Below are positions 17,175-25,655 of a stretch of 41,179 nt of DNA, in pieces. Position 1 is the stretch's first letter. Each line of letters starts with the position of its first letter. The stretch lies in the NCBI GenBank assembly GCA_036337845.1, contig JAYZDK010000065.1, forward strand, positions 1 through 41,179, in the 5' to 3' direction. The notes below the pieces were generated by a model. That model searched no databases and was not told the origin of the DNA. It was given only the letters and a program-made list of their open reading frames with translations. The position numbers and the translations under genes were made by a program. This stretch comes from Myxococcota bacterium. GTDB taxonomy: Bacteria; Myxococcota_A; UBA796; CAJQPC01.

Positions 17175-20012
17175 TCAACGCACGAACACCGCACCCGTTG
17201 AGGTGCAACTGCTGTCCGAGCCATCCCGATAGCCCGCTCGATAGCAGCCGGTGTCCCAGCCGGTGTAGCTCTCCCAATTGCTCCAACTGTAGAAGCCCGC
17301 CCCCCAAGCGAGCATGGCACCTACACAGTCTGCCCCCACACTGCGATGGTTGCTGTTGGTATAGCAGCGGTCGTTGGAGAGCACGAAGAACATGCCATCA
17401 TTGGGACCGGCAGTCTCAGATTGCTTGAGCGAGAGATAGTCCACCTCGTTCACCCCGGAGAGAGAGCTACTGCGAGCAGATGCTGCGTGAGGGGGAGCAG
17501 CGTTGTAGTTCACATTGTTAGACTGTGAATTACAGCAGTTCTGGATCTTGTCATCGAGGGTCTGGGATCCACTGCCCACGCCGTCAAAGCGAACCCAGTC
17601 AGTGGACGCGTCGTGTGCACTGAACTTCACGAGCACGTCGGAGAAATCCTGCGTGTCGAAGGCATACATGAATCCATTGCTGTCGGTCAAAGCCGAGTCT
17701 TTCGAGGCGTTGTAGCTCGTATCCAGCGTGCCTCGGATAGCGAGCGTCCATCCACCACCGCTGGTGTTCATGTCGCAATAGGTTTCGAATGCAGATCCAT
17801 TATCCGGGTTGATCCAATAGTTTCCATCTGTGTTGATGCCCTGGTTGAGAATCGCTTCGCAGTCGGAGCCCGGGCAATCCTGGCTCGAACCCAGTGCTGA
17901 CACGCCGGGATCGGTATCATCACAATCCGACGCAGTGAGGATTCCATCGCAGTCCCCGTCTGTCGCCACCGTGGTAGACGCGGAGTCACCGTCATCACAG
18001 TCTTCGGCGGTGATCGTTCCATCGCAGTCGGCGTCTGCGGCTACCGTGGTAGACGTGTCATCCGAGTCATCGCAGTCATCAGCACTCAGCGTTCCATCGC
18101 AATCAGCATCCGTGGAAAGAATGGTGGAGCTGGCATTCGCGTCGTCGCAGTCTTCGCCGGAGTGCTGGTTGCTGTCGTACCCATCGCCATCGGCATCGTA
18201 ATCACTGCCTCCCCCACAATCCGAATCGACCCCGTCGTACCAGGTCTCCGTGGCACCCGGGTTTACGGTAGCACCAGAGGCCGAATCATCGCAGTCGGTG
18301 TTGTCCGTGCTGTAGCCCCCGGGGGCGTCACAATACCCGGTGCCTGAGTCGGTCTGGTCCCCATAACCATCGCCATCGACGTCCAAATAGTAGAGAGTCG
18401 TTCCACCAGCCCCCTCCGGGTCGGCATCATCTGAGAACCCATCACAGTCCTCGTCCGTATTTGCTGCGTCACAGACCTCGACTCCCTGCGGGTTGCTGTT
18501 GGAATCCAGGTCATTGCAGTCGGTGTTGTCCTGGACATACCCAGAACGGCTTGAACAGGCTTCCGTGGTGACAGTCGCCGAACCAAACCCGTCCCCATCC
18601 AAGTCCTGGTAGTAGGTGCTGGTATCTGCTGCAGTGGCCTCGTCCACAGCCCCATCACAGTTGTTGTCCACTCCATCGCAGGTTTCCGTCGCCGCCGGAC
18701 TGATGCTCGCCGACGCATCGTCACAGTCCCCCGAGTCGCTCACATACGACGTAGGCGCCTCGCATGCAGACACCGTGCTCGCAGCATCTCCATACCCGTC
18801 AGCATCTGAGTCTGCGTAGAAGGTCGACTCTCCGAGCGCTCCGGCCTCATCGGACTGCCCATCACAGTCGTTGTCCACGCCATCACAGATTTCGTAGGAG
18901 CCTGGATTGGCCTGGGCATTGGAGTCATCACAGTCATCGGAGTTCGCGGTGTAGCCGGGAGGTGCACTACAAGCCTCCACCGTGGCAGCACTGCTGTCGC
19001 CATAGCCATCGCCATCTACATCCTGGTACCAGGAGTAGAGCACCCCCTCATCCGCTGTGCCGTCACAGTCGTTGTCCAAGCCATCGCAGATTTCCGAGCC
19101 TCCCGGATAGCTATTGGCATCCACGTCGTCGCAGTCACTGCCATCGGCGACATAGCCGCTCACGTCATCGCAGCTCTGAATCACGAACTGCTGGCCTCCA
19201 AAGCCATCTCCATCGGAGTCGGCGTACAAGGTCGTGGCATCCGAGGCGTCGTTGTCGATCTCCCCATCGCAGTCTTCATCCACGCCATCACAGGTCTCCG
19301 ATGCATCTGGAGAAACAGCCGGGTCGGAGTCATCACAATCCTCACAAGCCGCATAGCCATCGGCATCTGAATCCTCAAAGCCAACCGACCCATCGCAGTT
19401 GTAGTCCACCGGGTCGGAGCAGTCGGCTTCAATCGCACCAGGATGGATGGCCGAGTCGGCGTCATCGCAATCCAGCGCATTGTCGGCAAAGCCCGAAGAG
19501 GCCGTGCAGGCCACCTCGGAGAAGACCGCGCTCCCATACCCATCGCCGTCAATGTCGATGTAGAAGGTGCCTTCATCAATCGCGTCCTCATCCACAGCCC
19601 CATCGCAGTCATTGTCCAAGCCATCGCAGGACTCCGGAGCATCGGGGTAGACCAGTGCCTCAAGGTCGTCACAGTCCAAATCGCTGTCCACGTAGCCATC
19701 TGGCTGTTCGCAGGAGACTTGAGAGAAGTCGCTCCCACCATGGCCATCCCCATCTGCGTCGGCATACCAGGTGCTGCCGTCAACCGGCTCTTCATCTACC
19801 AACGAGTCGCAGTCCTCATCCACCCCGTCGCAATGCTCCTCTGCACCCGGATGCACGTCGGGATCGTCATCATCACAATCCACAGACTCTGGATACCCAT
19901 CCAGGTCCGCATCCACTACCGCGCTTCCTCCCGAATCACGGCCGTTGAGGTTCCCTTTGTCTGTACCTTCCCGACAACCTACAAAAACAATCAAAACCAG
20001 GAACAAACGCAT
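17175..20012 (-). CDS. Lipoprotein with about 9 MopE-type metal-binding Cys/Asp repeats and a C-terminal fibrinogen-like domain
   Basis: SD GAGGAGG; lipobox-like VFVGC; repeated DCDD..P.A.E.CDG.DNDCDG..DE and Y.D.DGDGYG units; C-terminal YCDMNTSGGGWTL. Confidence 0.85.
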   Translation of the reverse strand: MRLFLVLIVFVGCREGTDKGNLNGRDSGGSAVVDADLDGYPESVDCDDDDPDVHPGAEEHCDGVDEDCDSLVDEEPVDGSTWYADADGDGHGGSDFSQVSCEQPDGYVDSDLDCDDLEALVYPDAPESCDGLDNDCDGAVDEDAIDEGTFYIDIDGDGYGSAVFSEVACTASSGFADNALDCDDADSAIHPGAIEADCSDPVDYNCDGSVGFEDSDADGYAACEDCDDSDPAVSPDASETCDGVDEDCDGEIDNDASDATTLYADSDGDGFGGQQFVIQSCDDVSGYVADGSDCDDVDANSYPGGSEICDGLDNDCDGTADEGVLYSWYQDVDGDGYGDSSAATVEACSAPPGYTANSDDCDDSNAQANPGSYEICDGVDNDCDGQSDEAGALGESTFYADSDADGYGDAASTVSACEAPTSYVSDSGDCDDASASISPAATETCDGVDNNCDGAVDEATAADTSTYYQDLDGDGFGSATVTTEACSSRSGYVQDNTDCNDLDSNSNPQGVEVCDAANTDEDCDGFSDDADPEGAGGTTLYYLDVDGDGYGDQTDSGTGYCDAPGGYSTDNTDCDDSASGATVNPGATETWYDGVDSDCGGGSDYDADGDGYDSNQHSGEDCDDANASSTILSTDADCDGTLSADDCDDSDDTSTTVAADADCDGTITAEDCDDGDSASTTVATDGDCDGILTASDCDDTDPGVSALGSSQDCPGSDCEAILNQGINTDGNYWINPDNGSAFETYCDMNTSGGGWTLAIRGTLDTSYNASKDSALTDSNGFMYAFDTQDFSDVLVKFSAHDASTDWVRFDGVGSGSQTLDDKIQNCCNSQSNNVNYNAAPPHAASARSSSLSGVNEVDYLSLKQSETAGPNDGMFFVLSNDRCYTNSNHRSVGADCVGAMLAWGAGFYSWSNWESYTGWDTGCYRAGYRDGSDSSCTSTGAVFVR
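17915..18153 (-). repeat. Intragenic 75-bp (25-aa) tandem repeat, about 3 copies
   Basis: TTCCATCGCA at 17942/18017/18092 and ACCGTGGTAGACG at 17968/18043; protein unit DCDDxDxxSTTVAxDADCDGxxxAx. Confidence 0.85.
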
Positions 20013-20062
20013 GGACTCGCCTCCTCTGTGCCTGGTGCAAGACTACCAGTGTTTCCAGCGTT

Positions 20063-20872
20063 CTAGTCGCCCCGGATGTAGGGCCGGTGGTAGTCGAGCA
20101 CCGAAGACGCGCTAGCCCCCACCCCGAAGACCTCCCACCAAAACAGGGCTCCACTGAAGCTGCCTTGAGACTCCATGGCTTCCTGAAACAGGGCCCATGC
20201 CCCGGCATCAACGCTCAAGAGGTCTGAGCAAACCCGCAGTTGATCATCAAAGAACGCGGCATCTTCCTGTGCATGTATGTGATGCCCGAAGTTGGTCGGA
20301 GCATAGTAGGTGTCGTTTCGATTGGTGCCTCCGACGACCACATACGGGGCGCGACGAGACGCGTTGCGGGCCTCGTCCACCTGCTCCGAGGACACAGCCC
20401 AGCTTGAGGTGACGTTCAGATCGCGCAGCCCCCACGGGCTTACACACGACTCGAAATGCCCCAACGCCTTCATGTCCGGCCAGGAAAAGATTGGCTCACA
20501 GTCCTCTGGCGGTTGCATTCCACTGGCATAGGGCAGGTTTCTCTCTCCGGAAGCACTGGCCCAGACCAGCTCCTCGACCGAGCAGAATCGCATTCCGTAG
20601 GCCTGCAAGAGCTGCTCCCAATCTCCCACAGTGGCTGTCGCCAGCCCATCCTCCGGCCAGTGGTCTCCAGGTCTCCCCGGCAGCGGAAACCTGCCAATGC
20701 AGAAGTCTTCTACTTCCACTTTCAACGGGCTGACCTGGTCTTCACCATGTGCGGGCCGCAGCTGGCCCAACACACCGCTGCCCCCTTCTACGTAGATCAT
20801 GTCCTCGGTGCAGAGCAGCCCCTTCTCAAAGGCATGCGAAATCCCGAACCAGATAAACAACCACCAGCACAT
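20063..20872 (-). CDS. Secreted FGE-sulfatase/SUMF1-like domain protein
   Basis: Signal-like N-terminus; CTEDMIYVEGG, VEVEDFCIGRF, RFCSVEELVWA and CVSPWGLRDLN resemble the FGE-sulfatase fold. Confidence 0.65.
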   Translation of the reverse strand: MCWWLFIWFGISHAFEKGLLCTEDMIYVEGGSGVLGQLRPAHGEDQVSPLKVEVEDFCIGRFPLPGRPGDHWPEDGLATATVGDWEQLLQAYGMRFCSVEELVWASASGERNLPYASGMQPPEDCEPIFSWPDMKALGHFESCVSPWGLRDLNVTSSWAVSSEQVDEARNASRRAPYVVVGGTNRNDTYYAPTNFGHHIHAQEDAAFFDDQLRVCSDLLSVDAGAWALFQEAMESQGSFSGALFWWEVFGVGASASSVLDYHRPYIRGD

Positions 20873-20982
20873 ACCTGGATCATGCCACTGGTTTGCATTT
20901 CTTCGTGGTCAGAGAGGCCGTTCCCGCGTTGACACACATAGTGGGTCCGGGTACGCTCCAATGCAGCTTCAGGGGACGTTTC

Positions 20983-22158
20983 ATGCCGGCGCGGCTACTC
21001 TACACCCTCATTACCGGCGTGACATGTAGCACACTGCTTATGGGTTGTGGCTGCCGAGATGACGACGTTCGCGTTCGTCCCAATGAACCGCAAGAAGACC
21101 CCAACGACGTGGGGCAGTGGCTGTCCATGGACCTCATGTCCGATGGAAGTCCTGCGGTGTCCTTCTACGACAACTCCAAAGGTGGTTTGGGCTTTGCTAT
21201 CGGCACGTGGTCGGACGACGGAGACATCCGCTGGAAGACAGAAGCCGTAGATGGCTTTCCGGCTGAAAATGGCTTGGACCCGGGTGACCGCGGCCTGTAC
21301 ACATCCCTGGCTGTAGACGGGAAGAACCAGGCGTGGATCTCCTATTACGATGCCTCCAATGGTTCCCTGCGGTACGCCCTGCGGTCTTCCGAAGGAGAAT
21401 GGGAGACCGGCATTGCAGGCACTGGCAGTGGACCCACCTCCGATGTCGGCTGGTTCAGCTCCATGGCACTCAACGAATCGGATGAGCCGGTCATCGCGTT
21501 CTACGATGTGCTCGACGCACAACTTCGGATTTCGTATTTCAACGGCAGCAGCTTCTCGGCTGAAGTGGTGGACGACGGCTCCGCCCACACCCCGGAAGAC
21601 CTGGACCCCGATGTCGGTAGGTTTGCGCGGCTGATGATCCACGAAGGCACCGAGTACATTGCCTACTACGACGCCGCTCAAGGCAAACTGAAGCTGGCCA
21701 GCGGCAACAGTGGCAACTGGACGATCGAGGTCGTGGACGACGGCACCGATGAGGCGGGCAGTGGAAACGTCGGTGCCTGGCCGGACCTCGCCATGCTCGG
21801 GGATGAGCTTCTGATTGCCTACCAGGATGTGGACAACGGAGACCTGCGACTGGCACGAAGTACAACAAGCAGCCCCTGGACAATCTCGGTAGTGGATAGC
21901 GGCGCTGAGATGGGCGCAGATGCCCGACTGTTCTTCGATGGCGGCACCCCAGGGGTGTATTACTTCGACGGCTACAACAACGATCTGAGACAAGCACTTG
22001 AAAGTCCCGACAGCGACAGCGGCTGGGAAACAAAAACACTCGCTGGAGAAGAGGCTGCCTTGGGCTTTCACATCGACACGGTGACCGATGGTAGCTCCCG
22101 TTACGTGGCCTGCTACGACTTCACCAACCGAAACATCTGGTTCGATCGAGCCGAATAG
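20983..22158 (+). CDS. Putative beta-propeller lipoprotein
   Basis: SD AGGGGA; lipobox-like LLMGC; about 7 repeats of G.(W/Y/F).S(L/M)A....P.I(S/A)YYD...G.L..A...W..EVVD. Confidence 0.75.
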   Translation: MPARLLYTLITGVTCSTLLMGCGCRDDDVRVRPNEPQEDPNDVGQWLSMDLMSDGSPAVSFYDNSKGGLGFAIGTWSDDGDIRWKTEAVDGFPAENGLDPGDRGLYTSLAVDGKNQAWISYYDASNGSLRYALRSSEGEWETGIAGTGSGPTSDVGWFSSMALNESDEPVIAFYDVLDAQLRISYFNGSSFSAEVVDDGSAHTPEDLDPDVGRFARLMIHEGTEYIAYYDAAQGKLKLASGNSGNWTIEVVDDGTDEAGSGNVGAWPDLAMLGDELLIAYQDVDNGDLRLARSTTSSPWTISVVDSGAEMGADARLFFDGGTPGVYYFDGYNNDLRQALESPDSDSGWETKTLAGEEAALGFHIDTVTDGSSRYVACYDFTNRNIWFDRAE

Positions 22159-23135
22159 TGGCGAGCGCATTCGTCCTGTGGGGACTCGGTTTCGCCGTCG
22201 CGCACGCCGGTAACCTGCAGATGCATATTCTCGACGTGGGCCAAGGCGACTCCATTCTGCTTGAAACTCCGGATAATCACCACATCCTGGTGGATGCGGG
22301 TATTTCCAGCAGCGGTGTCGCACAGACCCTCGAGCGCTTGGGAGTGGAGGAACTCGACCTGGTGTTCAGCACCCACCCTCATGCCGACCATATTGGCGGT
22401 ATGAGGTCTGTCCTCGAAAAGTTCGAGGTCGAGCAATACCTCGACTCCGGCCTCACCCACTCCACCCAGACCTATAAGAAGCTCATGGGGAGCCTTGAGG
22501 CCTTGGACGTACAGCATCGCGCGGTCAAGGCCGGTGAGGTGTTCAAGTTCGAAGACGACATTCAGATCCGTGTCATATGGCCGGGGGCTCGCCTCAGCGG
22601 AACCCGGTCGGACCTGAACTCCAACTCGGTGGTGCTGCGGATCACACATGGGGAAGACTGCATGCTTCTGACCGGAGATTCCGAAGAGCCTACGGAAGAC
22701 ATGCTCCTGAGGCACAAGATTGAATCCTGTGAAGTGCTCAAGGTCGCCCATCACGGCTCGCGGCACTCCACATCAATGGAATTCCTTCAAGCCGTCCAAC
22801 CCGAAATCGCCATCATCTCCGCGGGCCGAAACAACCGCTACGGACACCCACATAATGATGCGTTGAAACGCCTGGAAAACTCGAAGACCCAAATCTACCG
22901 TACAGACCAGACAGGACACATCACTGTGCTGTCCACGGGTTCCGGCCTGAGCGTGGTCGATGGGCTGCCCACGGATGCCCCCCTAAGCCCTAGAACTCCT
23001 CCAGAAGCGGCTCCAGCCACAGACTCTGAAGTGCCCATGGAAGAAGAAACCTCCGTCGGGGGTCCTCAAGCCGCCCCCGAGCCCCCCAAACAGGGCTGGC
23101 TCCGAAGACTCCTGCATAGACTTACGTCTCGCTGA
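22158..23135 (+). CDS. ComEC/Rec2-like metallo-beta-lactamase-fold hydrolase (stand-alone, no membrane Competence domain)
   Basis: LDVGQGDS, THPHADHIGG, NSNSVV, LTGD, LKVAHHGS, NRYGHPH and YRTD motifs. Confidence 0.88.
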   Translation: MASAFVLWGLGFAVAHAGNLQMHILDVGQGDSILLETPDNHHILVDAGISSSGVAQTLERLGVEELDLVFSTHPHADHIGGMRSVLEKFEVEQYLDSGLTHSTQTYKKLMGSLEALDVQHRAVKAGEVFKFEDDIQIRVIWPGARLSGTRSDLNSNSVVLRITHGEDCMLLTGDSEEPTEDMLLRHKIESCEVLKVAHHGSRHSTSMEFLQAVQPEIAIISAGRNNRYGHPHNDALKRLENSKTQIYRTDQTGHITVLSTGSGLSVVDGLPTDAPLSPRTPPEAAPATDSEVPMEEETSVGGPQAAPEPPKQGWLRRLLHRLTSR

Positions 23136-23185
23136 CGAATCGGCAGTCCCAGCATGATAGGGTGTTCCACCACACGGACTTGATT

Positions 23186-23704
23186 ATGGCTATCTTTCGC
23201 GCATTTCTTGCGGCCGCTCTGTTGCTTTTGGCTCTCTCACCAGTGGCCATAGCAGACGTCAATGTGAACACCGCCAGCTCCAGCGAACTGGAATCTCTTC
23301 CAGGGATCGGCCCCTCCAAAGCTGCCGCGATCATGCAATACCGCACAGACAACGGCCCCTTTGAGAGCCTATCTCAGCTCGATTCCGTCCCCGGTATTGG
23401 ACCCGCCACACTCCAGAACATCTCTTCTCTGGTGGTGTTCTCGGGAGAGAGCACTGTATCCACCACGGCTCCCAGTAAGCCCTCGGCCTCAAGCTCAGCC
23501 TCCACAGGGCAGGTCATCAATATCAACACCGCGAGCCAAACCGACCTCACCACACTACCGGGAGTTGGCCCGTCCAAGGCCGCAGCGATTATCGAATACC
23601 GGCAGGCAAACGGTGCTTTCTCCGCCTGTACCGACCTCCAAAGAGTCCGGGGAATCGGAGATGCCACAGTGAAGAACATCTCCCCTCAGTGCACCGTAGA
23701 GTAG
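23186..23704 (+). CDS. comEA: ComEA-family DNA-binding protein with two helix-hairpin-helix domains
   Basis: Signal peptide; two copies of (V/I)N(V/I)NTAS..L..LPG(I/V)GPSKAAAI..YR..NG.F.....L..V.GIG. Confidence 0.88.
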   Translation: MAIFRAFLAAALLLLALSPVAIADVNVNTASSSELESLPGIGPSKAAAIMQYRTDNGPFESLSQLDSVPGIGPATLQNISSLVVFSGESTVSTTAPSKPSASSSASTGQVININTASQTDLTTLPGVGPSKAAAIIEYRQANGAFSACTDLQRVRGIGDATVKNISPQCTVE

Positions 23705-23743
23705 GTCGACTCGAGGCAGCACCTCAAATCAAGCGCCAATCGC

Positions 23744-24472
23744 CTATCTCAATCGTTCGAGAGCACTGGCCACAAGCGCACTTGCCGACTCCGAAGAGGT
23801 CACACTGGACCGTACAGGACTCGGAGAATCCTTCTTGGGAAACACCGTGTTGTGTTTCTCGGTGAGTTGTTCCACCAGCGCGGTCGGCAGCAGCACAGGC
23901 CCACCAAGCTGCCGCGCTACCAAGGCGATCTTGGAGATGTGTTCCAAGAGCTCGATTCGAAGCATACAGGTTTCCAGATCCGGCCCTACCGCCAACACAC
24001 CATGATTGGCCAGCATCACCACATCCGCGCTCTTAAGCGCCAGGGCAAGGGCATCATCCAAGGCCGGCTCCCCAGGCATTCCAAAAGGAACCAGAGGAAT
24101 CTTTGGTCCCAGTGAAACCACAGGTTCAGCCATAAAGGGTGCTCCAAGCTCAACCCCAGCCACCGCAAACCCCGTAGCTGTCGGAGGATGGGCATGCACC
24201 ACACAAGCCACATCGGGTCGCGCTCGATACGCCGCCAGATGAAGCTTGATCTCCGAAAAACTCTTCCGAGTTCCAGCCACCACTGCTCCGGAATCATCGA
24301 CCACGATGAGGTTCTCCGGGCGAACCTGGGCTTTGGAAACCGCCGTAGGCGTAGCCAGAAAGCGACCTTCCCCAAGACGCGCCGTCAGGTTTCCATCGTG
24401 GTTGGCAACCCACCCTCTGGCATGGAGGGCGTGAGAAACATCCACAAGTTCCGCTCGAAGTTTCTCTTCCAT
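23744..24472 (-). CDS. Class II aldolase/adducin-family protein (fuculose-phosphate aldolase-like), BMC-associated
   Basis: DGNLTAR, SEIKLH, VVHAHPP and LANHG metal-binding motifs; C-terminal S/P-rich linker followed by an amphipathic helix. Confidence 0.9.
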   Translation of the reverse strand: MEEKLRAELVDVSHALHARGWVANHDGNLTARLGEGRFLATPTAVSKAQVRPENLIVVDDSGAVVAGTRKSFSEIKLHLAAYRARPDVACVVHAHPPTATGFAVAGVELGAPFMAEPVVSLGPKIPLVPFGMPGEPALDDALALALKSADVVMLANHGVLAVGPDLETCMLRIELLEHISKIALVARQLGGPVLLPTALVEQLTEKHNTVFPKKDSPSPVRSSVTSSESASALVASALERLR

Positions 24473-24475
24473 CGC

Positions 24476-24790
24476 CTAGGAGTGCTCCGACTTGGGGCCG
24501 GGGCCGCGCGTAAGCTCGCCACCCCGATCGATCATGTCGACCACCGCGAGCACCACCGAGTGAAACGGGTCCTCATCGTTGCCTAAAATCTGGCGAGCCG
24601 TATTGCCTTCCCGAGCACACAACACCAGGTCTCCGATACCCGCCTGCACGGCATCTACCGAGACAAAGCTTGCCCCCAGCGCCGATTCACCGTCACTGGC
24701 TACCGGCTGCACCACAAGCACCTTGTGGCCCTCGTAGCAGGGATGCTTGACCGTGGAAACCGAGTTTCCGAGCACGCGGCACAAGATCAT
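24476..24790 (-). CDS. BMC-P vertex protein (EutN/CcmL family)
   Basis: MILCRVLGNSVSTVKH, VDAVQAGIGDLVL, EGNTAR and VLAVVD. Confidence 0.92.
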   Translation of the reverse strand: MILCRVLGNSVSTVKHPCYEGHKVLVVQPVASDGESALGASFVSVDAVQAGIGDLVLCAREGNTARQILGNDEDPFHSVVLAVVDMIDRGGELTRGPGPKSEHS

Positions 24791-25077
24791 TGTCGAATGC
24801 CTCCGGCTTCATCGTCGCCAAAGTAATGGTCCACAATGGTCACCACAGCCACATCCACCGGTGTGAAGGTGTCTGGCAAGGTCAGAGCGGCCTCCCGACC
24901 GGTAACCCACTCCACCGTATCGCCCTCACCGGCTTGCAGAGCGTCTGCAGCCACCAAGGCCGGCCCCATGGGAAATCCATGGTGGTCGTGGGGTTGAATC
25001 AACAGCAGCCGAACCCCCTCAAGTGCTGCATGCTTTTGGGTCGCCACCACCGTACCGAGAACTTTCGCAAGCTGCAT
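24787..25077 (-). CDS. BMC-P vertex protein (EutN/CcmL family)
   Basis: MQLAKVLGTVVATQKH, ADALQAGEGD, GREA and PVDVAVVTIVD. Confidence 0.92.
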   Translation of the reverse strand: MQLAKVLGTVVATQKHAALEGVRLLLIQPHDHHGFPMGPALVAADALQAGEGDTVEWVTGREAALTLPDTFTPVDVAVVTIVDHYFGDDEAGGIRQ

Positions 25078-25655
25078 CAGGACTCCACCTGGAAGGGAGC
25101 AGGCCTCAAGACGAGGCGCATGAAATCCTCATGGGGTCTCGGAATAAGTTCCGAGCGCACAAGGTTGCCACGTTCCATGAGTATCCCGGTGGCCGCCGAA
25201 ATGGCAGCTTCCACATCATGCTGCGGTCCATGAACCACGAAAAACGCCTTGCCCCCAAGTGCGGGTGTAATGCGGATTCCAGCCAACTCCACTCGGGCGT
25301 CCTTGAGGGCTCGGTCACAGGCCTCCAGGGTGGAAGAGATCATCCGCCCCTCAAGGATTCCAAGCGCGTCCACACCTTCACAGTGCTGCTGACCTCCAAG
25401 CGCCGGAACAACAGCCTCGTGCACCAACGGCAGGAACATCCGATCCCTGAGGCTGTCCCCAGCCACCGACATCGCTTCCTCAAAAGCCAGCTCGACCTCA
25501 GCAACCCCACCTGTGAACAAGACGCGGAACACTCCCGGCTCCACGAGGTTGGCCTCCAGAACTTGAACCGGCGCCTTCTTGACCAGGGCATCCACCACTC
25601 GGTAGCCACGTGCGACCGAGGTCAACTCAACCAGTGCGAGGGCGTCTTGGCCCAT
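25077..25655 (-). CDS. BMC-T tandem-domain shell protein (PduT-like, single layer)
   Basis: Two BMC domains (ALALVELTSVARG...; ALGILEG...LGGKAF...IPRPH). Start reassigned to ATG 25655 in a TGATG overlap with the AldDH stop. Confidence 0.9.
   Translation of the reverse strand: MGQDALALVELTSVARGYRVVDALVKKAPVQVLEANLVEPGVFRVLFTGGVAEVELAFEEAMSVAGDSLRDRMFLPLVHEAVVPALGGQQHCEGVDALGILEGRMISSTLEACDRALKDARVELAGIRITPALGGKAFFVVHGPQHDVEAAISAATGILMERGNLVRSELIPRPHEDFMRLVLRPAPFQVES

Noticed and set aside
17915-19900. Periodic sequence that might be a CRISPR array or DNA-level repeat element
   Set aside because: The repeats are degenerate at synonymous positions and in frame within a 945-aa protein; there is no constant repeat/unique spacer structure and no cas gene.
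20995-22323. 442-aa minus-strand ORF, and similar long antisense ORFs at 4151-5242, 18764-19948 and 26147-27040
   Set aside because: These are shadows of well-supported genes on the opposite strand, expected in high-GC DNA, and show no recognisable motifs.
23705-23743. Possible bidirectional terminator between comEA and the aldolase
   Set aside because: Only a 4-bp stem (GAGG/CCTC) and no U-tract.
25077-25655. Idea that the PduT-like BMC-T binds a pore [4Fe-4S] cluster, linking the BMC to the suf operon
   Set aside because: The position equivalent to the PduT pore cysteine (ICPG) reads VEPG here, and the suf operon is more than 15 kb away.
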